A DNA stretch of 64,000 nucleotides from Ophelia neglecta (lineage: Eukaryota), in the NCBI GenBank assembly GCA_965285935.1, contig OZ260664.1:65038001-65102000 (forward strand), read 5' to 3'. A program made the position numbers and the translations under genes. Shown piece by piece: positions 11,831-25,349 of the stretch. Numbering within the stretch: position 1 is the first letter of the stretch; each line of letters starts with the position of its first letter. Under the pieces are notes generated by a model. That model was not told the origin of the DNA and searched no databases. It saw only the letters and a program-made list of their open reading frames with translations.

Positions 11831-14800
11831 TCAAAGAATGACTCTTTATTATGCACATTAACCAGTATTTCCAAATACATATACATACATATTTGTTTAG
11901 TGTTTTCAATAACTATACACTCTTTGTTACAACTCCACTAAGCAATGCAGGGAGATTAATTCTTTATTAGTTATTTCAATTTATAAATGATGCTTTAACA
12001 TTAAAATGTACATAATATTCACGGCATGCCCTCATGGAACCAACAACCTCTTACATAAAAATACATAGCCAGAAACTTGAGCAGTGTTTGTTCCTAATAT
12101 TATAAGCTTACACATTAAATTTCAAACAGTATAAATGACCAGTTATTTCAGACTGCATAGACTGTCATGATGATGGTCTAAAGTTATCTCAAAGAATATT
12201 TAATGTTGTCCAAAATAATCTTGCGGGTGTGTGTGTGGTTTGCATTTAATGCAGACCAAAGTAGTATTTTCATTTCATTTACTGAAGCACCTCATCACAG
12301 TTAGTAGTAACACACATAAGGGCTTGTCTACTGGTGCGAGCAGACATTTCCATTTAATGAGCTTAGGACATTGAATTTTAACTTCACTTAGCCATCAGAA
12401 GTTGGAATTTTACTTCAATATATTTACTGTAAAAATCAAAATATGTGTATTTACTATGGGGTGAAATTTTATCAGTGTCAAGTTTATCCAAAGTATTCGG
12501 AAACAATCATCTTGGTTTGTTTTGGAAACAGTAAACCACAAGATGCCTTTAGGGACACAAATATTTATTCAACAGGGGCAATGTGGTATATGGGTGTCTT
12601 CACCACAATAAAAATGGACATGATGATGTCCTGTTTACAATATCCCCTAAATGTACCCAATATCTAACCTTAGTGTTATCAGTGAAAAATCCCACTGACA
12701 GAAAACAGAAAAAGTGTAAATTGGTTCAATTTCATCAGACCTTCCTCTATTTTCTACCATAAAAATCTCATGTCTGTGCTATTTGTTTAAAAACATATTC
12801 TGCTAACACACTATAGCTTCCTCTTATAGTTTCATTCTTTTTAAAGTTTCATCCACTTTGTGCCATATTACATTTTCAGAAAAAAGGAAAACTTGATTTT
12901 TTTTTCATGGCAAAATATACAGTATTTTGACCTTTATTTCCATCCCCTATGTTATAGCCATTTCCACAGAAATTACCTTTGAACTACATGTATATAAAAC
13001 AAATATGTATCCTGCACTGTTCTCCTCCCAGAGCAAGAATCCCCATTAAACTTCATTGAGATTAGAAAATAATGTGCCAAAAAGGTACAACAGAGCACCC
13101 AAGATCAATGCCTAAGACTGAATTATTTATTTGCTTGGATTCTGGGATGCATGTTTTTACCTTTATATGATCAAGGAAGATGTTAATATCTGAAGTGTCA
13201 GAATGGTGGAGGTAATGTTGAAAGGAATAATATTTTCCTTTTAATGGTTCACACTCCCACAAAATAAAAAACTTTCTACCTCAATTCACATGAAATAAGT
13301 TTGTCTCTTCACATTTCACAAGAGATTCTGGATACAGTTTACAGACTTGTAACTATTCCTTGCCATCTTAATTGATAAAGTAAGAGTGTTGTGGAGTGAT
13401 AACAGGGGACCTGATCTGTAGCTACCACCTCAAAGACTGCTGGAAAAAGTCAGACTCTGTAATTAAGTTGGCAGGATATAGGAAAACATTTTAGAGATGT
13501 TGCTAGTCAAACATACTCCCCTGGTAAGAACATCTGGCCAGTGTAACCCATACCAACTAAAACTACTACTCTCAATGAGCAGGTGCATCAATACTGTTCA
13601 TGAAATCAGCCAGGTTTTAATGCTGCACAACAATAGGCATGTGAACAATATCCAGTGGTATTCCACAAGAATGTCTGTTATCAGGAACTGGAGGTGATGA
13701 AGACCTGAATGTTAATACATGGCAGCACTCTGGATGGACATGAATTGTAGAAAGGGGAGAAATGTATCCACAAGTCTTGATACACAGATAAACTATCTTG
13801 TTTACACCAGACAAACACTGTCAGAGGCATCATGTTTACCACACACATTTACCAAAAGCTAAAGGAGGGGCAGATGATCCAAGAAATATTTGTGAAATGT
13901 TAAAGATACACTGTCAACAAATGGCCCTCACACAGTTTGTCTAGTTTTCTATCCTAAGCCAGGACTTTGAAGGACCCACTTGCAAATAAATTCACAAACT
14001 CAACTATTTTCAGCGGTTGATACAGTTCACATTCCTAACTAAATCCAGAGTCTCAGGCTCCTATTTTCTTGCATTAGCCACAATTTATGAGGAGTTTAAT
14101 GGCTTAATTGCCATGAAGCAGGTATCCAAATTGGTTAGAATTTTGCCTCCTTGGTGTTAGCCAGTAACTCACTATTTCTTTCTAGGCTAAATATGAAATA
14201 AGAAATACCATGCAGGACATATAATAAAGAGTTCTGAACACAAGTCTGTGTATCAACAGACTCCTAACTACCTGGCCAGACTCAGCAGCTCTTAAAACTT
14301 AAATTTATTACACAAAATCACCTGTCATGGGATGTAATTTTACTCTCATAACACTTAGTTCCAAAACCATTTCTAACACAAGGGCAGCTTATTTTAGTCA
14401 TAATTAAATTAGTCGCACAAAGTTTACTGAGTATTACGATTCTTGAAAACAGGGACAAAAATACTACCATTGAAAGTGGCACTCTTCTGAAATATTTCTT
14501 GATTGTCATAGACACTCAAGTTCTTAGGGTTGAAATGTAAATTACCTGATACTTCACTTAAAATTTGTATTATAGATGTGAGTTTAAGAGATGTTGTTTG
14601 GCAGACATGGTGCCCTCCTTAAGGGGAGGATGGTAGATGAGATAAAATATTCATGGCCACCCGCAGTCCTGAAAACATGTTCAATCTAGGTTCATAATCT
14701 TTAATCCTGACCTGTAGGTCACACTGAGGTAGACAACTATCAGGTGTTACATGTGCTAAGGATGCTGAAAAACTGAGTAGTTTCTCTAATGAGAAAAGTG

Positions 14801-15996
14801 GTGAAAACTATGAGTATCAAAAGCAGTACTTTTACTTAAAATGAAGAAATTCTTGGTCTATTTAAAAGAATTTTCCAGACTAGAATTCATTACACAAACA
14901 AAACACATAAAAAATAAGTTACAAAAGTTTATAAACACAGAACTCCTGTGGTCATCTTTACTGTACCCAGTGACTGGGAAGCTCCACTGAATAAATGTGC
15001 TGTTTCATTTAGTTCTCCTTTCAGTGTTACTCAAGAAACAGTTGTCTGTTTGTGTTGGAAGCTGGGTTGTTTGGATCACCTATAGATGGACCAAATGCTA
15101 ACATTTCATCTTCTGGCCATCCTAACCATTGGATAGAATGCACACTGCTGGCCTACCATCTGACTGCACTGTACTGTACAACCTCTTACAATCCAAGGCT
15201 AGCAGGCGTTTTGGTAGCTAGAATTTGGACACTGACAATGTACATTGTAAAAGAACATGAACAATCCATAAAGGAGTAACACAATGTTAAAGGCCTTATC
15301 TTTTTAGACCTGGAAACATAGACTGGGGAATCAAGTAGCCTGGAAGCTGTTATCATACATGTACAAGTACATGATGATTCTTTCTAAAGACAAACATGAT
15401 GATACTTCAAGCCAGTAGGTTTGGATGGATGGACTGATTGCTTACATCTGACTACATCATTTTTGGTGCAACTCATATTTCAGGTTATAATCTACCACAT
15501 TTGAAAACACAAGTAGGGAGACTTGAAATATATTGCCAGTGTGAAGGCATTTTTATCTAGTGTAGTGCAGATTTAATGAACATCAGAAGCATATCAGACA
15601 GATTGTGTTTTTTATGCAGCTTGGCATTACCCTGTTCTTTGTCTAAGGGCATAAAAACTTAGGGTGTTCCCTAAAAACAATGATAAGTGAAGATAGGTGG
15701 TCCACTCGGATCCTGTACATAAATTCTCATCATTGGTGCTTTTGTGATAAAATCATGTGAATTTTCTTGCTGTTAATTGCTGTATGGGCATAATCACTTA
15801 AACCGGCTGTCTTGGGTTATAAGAATCACTGAAAACATGAGATCTTGCCAAAGGGAAAGCTTTCTCAATAAAAAAGGTCCATTCTCAGACCTAGCAACTC
15901 TGGGTAATTGGCTCCAGTGACATCCCATTGTAAACTGTTTACATACAGCTCTAGGCTCATGCTCAACATGAGATAAGTTTAGAGAGGCGGGGTTAC

Positions 15997-16147
15997 CTGC
16001 TAATTTCTGCTCTCTGTATTTCTTCCACACTTTGCTGAGGGCACCTTCTTTTATGCCCCTCATCCGGTCACTCACACTTCTACTCCATTTGAAGTCCGGC
16101 TGCCAGCGGAAATCTCGAGGTTCCTTTTTCTCTGCCATGGTGGTCAT
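15997..16147 (-). CDS. Alternative first coding exon (MTTMAEKKEPRDFRWQPDFKWSRSVSDRMRGIKEGALSKVWKKYREQKLA + G)
   Basis: 50 open codons, strong Kozak accATGG at the second Met, donor CAG|GTAACC in phase 1. Protein-like composition with retained CpGs. The end REQKLA parallels REQA of the 21682 exon. Confidence 0.75.
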
Positions 16148-19100
16148 TCACATTAATATTTTAAATTTAGTCAGAACTATCCTCAAGAAATCTGTGTAAT
16201 GAATTCCTTTATCATTTTTGATAACATCATTTTCAATTCATTCAATCCACAGCTTACTCAATGTTTCACTTGGGGTAAGCATGCCGAAAGATGAGGAGAG
16301 GAGACTAATTTCCAAATGGCACTTGCAATAACATAATGTCAAAACATCCTGTGAAGACTGTCAGCTCTCCTAAATCAGAGGACAATTAAACATACAAGCA
16401 CAGCATTTGATAGCTTCACCTTGGGACTCAATGAGTACCTTGGCTAAGACACTGGAAGCTGTAAAGGCAGCTTACATACATTCACAGAAGCATCTGGATG
16501 TTTAAAGCATATACCATTAATATCCTAAGGTGTAACTTCACTCAGCACTTGCCTATTAGGCACTTACTCCCCACAGGTGTGTATGTGGACTCCCTGTGGA
16601 ACATGTCACCACAATGCTGCATCTTGCTCACAGAGGTTTGCACAAGTGGTGGTCTCAATAAGTAGGCTGGGATTTGTGCTTCTCAAAAAAACTGCACAAA
16701 AAGCCAGAAGCAGGAACCAGCGCTACTTGCAGTTTTTCGGCTCACTCCACACCAGTAGCCTTCTCCTATCAAAGCTCACAACGACATGTTTACATGCCTG
16801 CCACAGATGACCTGTGCCCCTCCAGCATTGAAGAAACTTTCTCTCTAAAGAGCTGGCTTTTATCGCTGTAGATAACCCTAGAGTGAGTGCTGTGAGTGGG
16901 CCTCAAATGCTCAACTCCTGGCCAAATGAGCCTGGCACAAGGCAGATTTGAGGTGATTTAGACAGGCCCATGGAGCTGTCATACCTAGCCCCTTCCTTGC
17001 TACAGTAACTATGTGAACCTGCTCACACAGGGGGCTCCACCCGCCTCTCACTGCCAGCCTGCTCCTGGCTCCTGCCCAATACCCACAGCCTCTTGGCCAG
17101 GGGGATTACTCAATGTCCTTTATCTGAGCTAAAAACTCTAGGGATTATCCTCCCACATTACTATTGCACTGTGTCCAGTTTTGTCTTACATCACAGGTCA
17201 ATGAGTAGATAATTTATTGAGAAAAATCTATACCCTGAAGCTTTTCATTTTTTTTAACAAAACCTATGATTACTGCAACATTGTTTTGCCATAATGAAAT
17301 ATTAACTAATCAGGTGCATACCAATTTGCCATCAGCCTCATTGTGTATGAAGTGTGAAGGATATATTACATCAACTGATTAATTGGATCAATCCATTGTC
17401 CTTGTAGTCACAAGCTAATCATCCCATGGGGTGATCAGCCTTTGACATGGTTCATTTAGGAGTTCCCCTCCCTTTGTCCTACTTGTCTACCATTACATAA
17501 GGACCTGACAATCCCATCATCTGATCTGACCTGGCAGTTACATGACCTCTGCTACAGTGAGGATTCAGTAGCAGTGTGAGGGACTAGAAGGCTGATTGGG
17601 CAGACCAGCAGTTGAGGAGCTGTAGTGTTGAGTCTTTGAGATGGGCTGTAAGTAGCCGCCAGCCTAAATACCAGAGTACCAGGCTAACTGGGAGACTCCA
17701 TAATATTAGTGTTCAAATGTACAGTTTATTTCCCTCATTCCTGTTTTCTTGTGACATTTACAAGCCATTCTAAACAGCAACTTAAATGTCTTGCTAAAGG
17801 GGAAATTTGCGCTGGGAGTATCCCTCTGTGTATATTAGCATTTGAAATGTCATCTCTATTTATAAAGCCAGTTTGTTTTAAGTATAGACAAGCAATAGCC
17901 AGATGCTGTTTCTAGTTGAAAATCACCCTGTGACTTCTGGGTAATCTCAAGGATCTGGATCATATCCAGGTAACACAACATACAGGCCTACTTAAATCAA
18001 GTGAACATGTTGTAAATTAAAACACGCTTTATTCTTTCTCTTTAATATGATTTAGCACAGAGTAACTTACTCGCAAGTTTAAGCACACCATTTTTTCATT
18101 AATTCCAACAACAAGAACAGTAAAAATAAAGCACCAGATGATCCACTGGGTCCTGCAGCATCTCCAATGTGCGTCCTGGGAGAGCCAGCAGTACATAGCC
18201 ATGATCTATACCACACACAACAAATTGGACTTGTGAAAATAACAAACAGCCCTCGGCAAATCTACAACAGCAGTCTCATTAAAATAATTAATCAGCTCCT
18301 AATGAAGCAGACAAGACTTGAGCTGTCCTTAGACAGGGCACGGGTGTGATCAGAAACTAAGGTTTGGTATGAAGTGTTAGGGCAAGTCAATCAAGTACAA
18401 GTGTATAAAGTAGCAGGAGACAGAACCTAAGTGGAGAACCCTTGTGGTCAATACCAAATCAATCACACTGGAGGAGAGAGGGGATACCCATAAACCTTTC
18501 AATAGTTTGCCCAGTCACCAGGCATAGACTCCAGGCCCAGTCCATAGATCATATGTAACAAGTCAAGATCACAGCAAGGATGGAAAGCTCTGTAGACTGC
18601 TTCACAAGTCTACAGTGTTATCATGATAACTGGTGATTTATTCATTACACATAAAAATTTATCAACATTTCACTTAAGCTTTAAGGCAGTGGTGGAGGTG
18701 GGTGTGCCCTGAGTAGTGAGACAGAAGGGCACATTCAGGACTGTCAAACTCTATCACTACTTTGATTGAAGACACGTCACAATAAAATTAAAATCAATGA
18801 AAAAAAGTATACTTGCACAGTAATTTCATTTTGTTAATTCTCACCGAAATGCATTTTGAAACTAAACAAAAAGGGACAATAAACTTTTGGTAGGTGATGC
18901 AAACCAGATGAAGATGAAGGACTTCCAAGCATGGGTAACCCCAGTAAATAGAGGACTCAAACCCTGGCTACAGAGGTGATGACATTCCCATTAAATCTGA
19001 CAATCCAGAATATACTGTGGTAAATGCCATCAAAATCCCAGATGAAGAAATATATGCCTGAATAACCTCAGAAAAATGTGTAGAACCTTGAGAAAGCAGC

Positions 19101-19506
19101 AGGGGGCAAGAAGGTTAGTTGAAAAATGTCCTTGAATTTTGTCAATCAGTGCCAGCTGAATGGGCAATGGCTGAGCCCTGTTTTATGTCCATGACACAAG
19201 GCTCTTCACCTCAGCTTGTTACAATACCCATTTATTACCAGTGTGCCCCCAGCTGACCCTTATATTAGCAGGCACCCAAACTTGACTTTTGTCTGGCTCA
19301 TTCATTTATAATTATAAGTCAGCCAATTTAAACAAGAAGGTTCAAGAGTACAAATTGCCATAAAGCTATGTTGCAAGTTATTTTCATTAGAAGCAACATC
19401 ATATCTCTCCCTAATGATCAATGTCAGTTGATGAAACAACATGTTACCAATTACACTTATGATATAAATCCAATAAAGTCCTGGCAAATGAATAGGAACA
19501 ACTTAC

Positions 19507-19582
19507 CTTTCAGCATGGCCTGTGTTACAGGCTGAAGGGGTGAATGAAATACTGTGGTAAAACTGAGACTGTCTACAGACAT
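19507..19582 (-). CDS. Candidate alternative first coding exon (MSVDSLSFTTVFHSPLQPVTQAMLK + G)
   Basis: 25 open codons from ATG, with a second in-frame gccATG, to a consensus donor AAG|GTAAGT in phase 1. Confidence 0.55.
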
Positions 19583-21681
19583 TACCCTATCAAGGCTGGC
19601 AAAACAAAACACCGGCTCTCTTGTCAAGCACCTGCAGTTCTCCCACGAAAAGTAATCAGTAGATTTGTTTGAAAACCTTCTTGGAATGCCTACTTTTTAG
19701 GAAACCTTTGTTAACCTGTAATGAGCTGATAGCCCTGTGCCAAATAGTCACTATCAACCTCCTCTCACATGGAGCTTACACTATAAAACCACACTGAGTA
19801 ATTATCAGGATGTACTGTTGAAGATTATTCCAAGAAATGCTAGAAGAACAGCTGTACAATCATTGGAAAGGGCCCTGTTTGAGGGAACACAGGAAAGGAT
19901 TTTAGAGAGGAAAGCAAGATTAACAACTACAGCCAATGTAAACTATGATCTGATAATCAGATTATGACAAACTAACAAACTGATCAGGCTGAATGCATGT
20001 TAAATACTTAGTAAGTCAGGACATGTATACACCAGGGCTTAGGAACATTTGTCTGGAACAATCTTTACCTTTGATAACCTTAACACAGACTAAGCACTTT
20101 CCTGTGCTATATCTTCAGATATCTGAATGAATAGTTAACTTAACATTTAAAAAAAAAAAAAAATATATTATTTTTTATGATTGATGAACATGATTGTCAA
20201 AATTTGAACACATTATAAAAAGGAGGAGGCTTTTTATAAATATAACTTGTTGTCCATAACATCCTCTGCCATAAATATGTTTTATTTAACATTAATAACA
20301 GTTGACAATAATTTCATGCAGGAATAGCAGAAACCATAACTGGATACCATACAGGCACAAAAACAACTGGCTTTTATCTCGTATGTTTTGCCCATGAAAA
20401 CCTGAGACTAGAAATTAAGACAAAGCACAATGAAGTTTATTCCCTTAAAAGCACAATTTTAAAAGGTTAAAACCATCAGCTGTCAACTATAATTGTAAAT
20501 ATTTTGGTGAATGGGACACTTAATTTATTTTGTGACATTTTTCCATCTTAAAAGTGAAATAAAGGAATTTGATATGATAAGGCTTTGCTTTACTGTTTGG
20601 TTTATCAAGGTTTTAATAATCTTGAACTAGAAACTTGTTGACATTGTTTGTAGTAAATATTGATATGTGTAAGATGATTTCTCAATCATTTTCACAGAAA
20701 TTGGAGAAAAATAAAGACAGATGTAAATCTAAAAGTTAATTAAAGTTCCCTTTAAATATATACATATTTGAAAAAATTAAATAATTCCTACTATTTAATC
20801 GATTGGCTCTTAATCTATTTTTTCTCTTTTTATGCAAGTTTGATTACAAAAACACTAAAAAGGCTAGTTTTGGCAAGTAGGTAATGATGGAGCTACAAGT
20901 AACAGAACTATTTAGCCAATTTAAGGTACTACTTATTCTAATTTTTCAAAAGTATGCAGGTTACTACTGGTCTTTAGACCATAGCCCATACTGACAAGGG
21001 GGGGGGGGGGTGTTCAGTAGTTTCCCCAGTCATGAGCTGATCAAGCCAAGCATGGTCAAAGTAAAACTTTACTTCTTAATTGGGAAGGAGTTGCAGAATC
21101 ACAATATTTTTTTGCCCTCAATCCAACCACAATTGAGTAGACAATTTTTTGCCAAGGTTACAAATGCAGATTATCATTTATTGCCAGTAGGAGGACACAC
21201 GTAAACTGAAATTACACATTATAATACTGAGATTTTTCTCTCACAGCTTTACCATTTTGAGCTGTTTTAATTTAGTTAACTTCACTGACAAAAGATACCA
21301 ACACTTTCCACTTTCAAGATATACAAATCGATTCTTTAAATTGCCACTATTGATTGTTGAAATTGCCACTATAAGTCATATTCGATGTTCATCCCATCAC
21401 TATTTAATTCAGATGGTAGAAAGTCTACCTGCTCATAAGAAAATATGTGTACAACCTTTTCCATACACTTTACACCTGGCTGATCATCCTTTGATGAAAG
21501 TGATTGTCATTTCCATAATAGTTTCAGAAGTCTTGTTAAGTAAAATAATTAGAAACATACATATTCATGTGAATAATAATTTGTGCTATAAAGAAAAATG
21601 CATTGATTGTAACTTCATTTTTATGATAAATCATTTGTTACACAAGATATTTTAGTCAATAAAACAAATTTATGTACATAC

Positions 21682-21718
21682 CAGCTTGTTCTCTGTCAGT
21701 CCTGTATGCCTTGGCATC
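21682..21718 (-). CDS. Small coding exon (DAKAYRTDREQA + G, phase 0/1)
   Basis: Acceptor tttttatttcAG and donor CTG|GTATGT. 37 nt, in frame with the large exon. Confidence 0.78.
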
Positions 21719-24700
21719 CTGAAATAAAAATATAGACAGGTTTTAAAAGTGACAGCTTAAGTGTGCTTGTCCTAACACCTGCATTAACTTTAAATGAACA
21801 TCTGCACAACTTTTGAAGGTCTTTTTAATGATGACTCATGGTGGAAAGGAAGAGTATGGCAACATTCTTCATGATGACTAGGTCATTTTTTAAGTACAAT
21901 TAATAGCTTTTTTACCATAAATACTATATCTTAGTAATTTGCAGTTTAAATACTTTACAGATATTTATGAGAGTTTAACCTTTAAGCAGACATCACTCAT
22001 AAAGTTACTCAGTTCCTAAATCACAAGGTATGCAAAATTTAATAACCAGAGTATGTGTGTGCTCAGAGCAGGTAGATGTGGAAGGGGGTACTCTACAAAT
22101 GCAGGATGGTAATTCACAAAAGACTGAGACTCAAGCACGCCAATTAAACTGCAGCATAAACTGCGGCTTCAATAAACTGTTATCTGACACCACAGCTTTA
22201 TCAATGTTGTTGGTGAATCCTTAAATGCAGCAGTAAGTCAGGAGTTTGGTAATTTCATTTTTGGACATATTACCAAACTATCAGTATAAAACATTTAAAC
22301 TGATGCAGATTTGAGCTTGCTTGCTGGTTTAAATTGTTGGAATTGCATTACAAGCATATTGATTTTAATCCACAGGCCTGTCCATTGAAACCCATTGATG
22401 TTGACTTAATAAAGTCAGATGAAATCATGCCCCTGTTTTATAATTTGTAAGCTACATGTACATGAACATGTACATGTATACCATTGGGCATAGTATTTAA
22501 ATTGACTTGGTCCATGATGTCATTATCTTGACTTCATATCTGAACAAAAATGGTGTCTCCATAGATTGTCCAATAATCGAGCTACTCATATACTTGTACA
22601 GGTACACCAAAAAACCCATAAAGCTCTTTATGGTTACACATATGTAGGAAGCAATACCTGGTGTGATATTCATTTTAACTGATATCATTTCTCACAGGCA
22701 ACACATGCTCCTTCTCCATCCTGGACTACCTGACAATATTAAAGACTAGCCTACCTTGCTGTCACAGCTACAATCCACACATTTAGGGACCAGGCCTAGC
22801 CAGCCTTTACGGAGGGACCTCAATGACACTCTCGACAACTCTTTGGCCCTGGAAGAGACACTGTCAGTTCTCACAGGCAGCCTGACAGCCTTTCTGGGAA
22901 AAGGCTTTGAAGTCATCTTTCAAAACCACCCACTTATTCCAGAGAGCCAAATGAGAAGCCTTCTGTCAAACGGTTTGTCTCAAAATGAATGAATTTTGCG
23001 ACATAAAACATGATGGTATTTCCTTCTCCTGTAAACACCAAGTGCTCAGCAAATGAATGTGAAGCGTCCCCCGATGTAAGAAATCCTACACTGTAAAAAG
23101 TGTATAATAGAAACTTGTCCTAAGCCTGCTTGTTACCACCGGCAGCAGTTTCATTCTATCTGCAACCTCTCACGTATACACTATATATTTATATGTGTGC
23201 AAAGTTCCTTAGGGATAATATAAACATCCCATTTGTAAACGATTCATTGAAAGTTCAATTTTCATTTGAGAACCTGTTAAGAAATGCGAGACAACCACCG
23301 CTGTGAACTCAAGCCAGACAGGAGAAGGCAATTACTCTGGTTTATAATGGCAGTTACACCAGAAAACAAACTCCTGTACCCGGTGCAGCCAGCGTTAATA
23401 CATAGTCAATCTTATCACGGCTCCCAATCGGCAAATTACAGGTGCTTACCTGTACCACAAACCAGCTTAAAAGTACACGGCTTCTCAAGTACCACCTCCG
23501 TATGACGGCTGGTTTTTCTTACATGACACAAATGTGTTCCAACCGAGAAGTGTTATAATTCAATCAGAAGTGCTCCAGTTGTTTGCCAATCAAATAATAT
23601 CAGAGGGCAAGATCTGACAGAGAATCTATCACAGGGCACAGAAATCAAACACTACCATTAGAATTTATTGAGCTAGAATCAATAACAGTTCCAATCTAGC
23701 CATAACAAACTGAAAACTATTGGAAAGTAAGCTGCAAGTGCTGCACATATGACATGGCTAACCTACTGTGTTAAAAAACGTAGCATTTATGATTGTCATT
23801 TTAGTTTGATTTGTAATACTTATAAATACAAGTAGCTAAGATTGCAGGGCGGGTTCAGGACTGAACTGGTTGTTTGTAGAGTTAATGTAATACCAGGCAT
23901 TTCAGTGAGTGGAGGGGGTTGGGGGGGGAGGGGGGCTGAGGGGCAATGCACGTGTGACGAGGTCCAACTCCCAGTACTTGGGTAAACATATCTTGAAGGC
24001 TCCTGAGGCAAAGCTTTTTTAACCCTTCTCATTAGAGAATGATCACTAGCTACTACATACATGTATCACACCTAGAAAGACATATAAACAACCAGCTGCA
24101 ATAGTGACTTCCTTAACATTAGAAAAATTGAAAATAACACCATACATGTAGAGAGTTTCATATAAATTTCTAGGTTGAATGAGATACCTTAACCACTCTT
24201 AAATAAAATAAGTGATGCAATGAAAATGTAGGAAAATATAGTGAAGTTGACCAGTACACTACTTGCTACTAGTCAATGTGAGTAGCTGAAGTAGTATCAT
24301 AGAAGTATTTCCAGAAAATCCACACCACTTGCCCAATTACATGTACATACAATAAATACATGTAGACAATATTTTATTATTTTATTGTCATTCAGCAGAT
24401 GCCTGGTCGGGGTAGTAAACAGTCTGTGAACAGTTGATAAGTAGACTTCTCACAGTGTATTGTTAACTGTATAAATAAGCTGGTTGACAAGAGACCATTC
24501 ATCAGTCTACATCTGTCAATACCAATCACAGTCACGCCAGTCTCCCGACTGGCAGATACATAGCTAAGGAATTACACCGATTCTCTTATCCTTTGTATCA
24601 GATAAAAAAAGATGACAAGATATAAACAACCTGATGATAAACAATCTGATGATAACAATTTGTCTTAGGGTAACATTGCAATAGTTTCCAACTTAAAAGC

Positions 24701-25288
24701 TTTAGATTGTCTGTCTCTATCCAATAACAGAAGACTGATCTTCATTTCTTACTGAAACAAAAGTTTATATTTTTCAAATATCAAATAAGTTGGCCTTTAT
24801 ATCTACAACCATATGAAGTTTATTCTTTCCATATTCATAGAAATGTAATCCCAAAAACCTCACAAACCTTTTGGTCTGGGTTAAGTTTTTATCATCAAAC
24901 CATTTACCCTGAGGATCATGGTGAGAAAAGTGATACATTTTATGGGCATTACACTAGTATACTTGTGACACGTCATTAAACTTTATGGAAGACACACAGT
25001 CTGCCTTAGTTTTTTTGACATATTAAATATCACAGCAATGTATTGATCCACACAATTGTGCACTTGTGTTAAATTTCATTTGAAGCTACAGAAGCACTTT
25101 ATTAGAATTGAAAGATAGACAGTCAGCACTGACCTTCATTTAATTTAGATAAATTGTCTGTGGTTAACTCCTTGCGGCCAAGGGCCTCGATTCCAATCTC
25201 TGGGTATATACAAGAGATATACATTATAAAGTGCATCAAGTCAGTTTCCACAGCATGAACTACTGATGCCTGGGTCACAGTGGTGCGT

Positions 25289-25317
25289 TGGGCGGGGGGG
25301 GGGGGGGGGGGGAGAGG
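25289..25317. repeat. Poly-G run (poly-C on the sense strand) just inside the intron after the large exon
   Basis: A run of about 19 uninterrupted G within a G-rich stretch. Confidence 0.9.
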
Positions 25318-25349
25318 TCGCACACATAAAACACATAAAGCACACTCAC

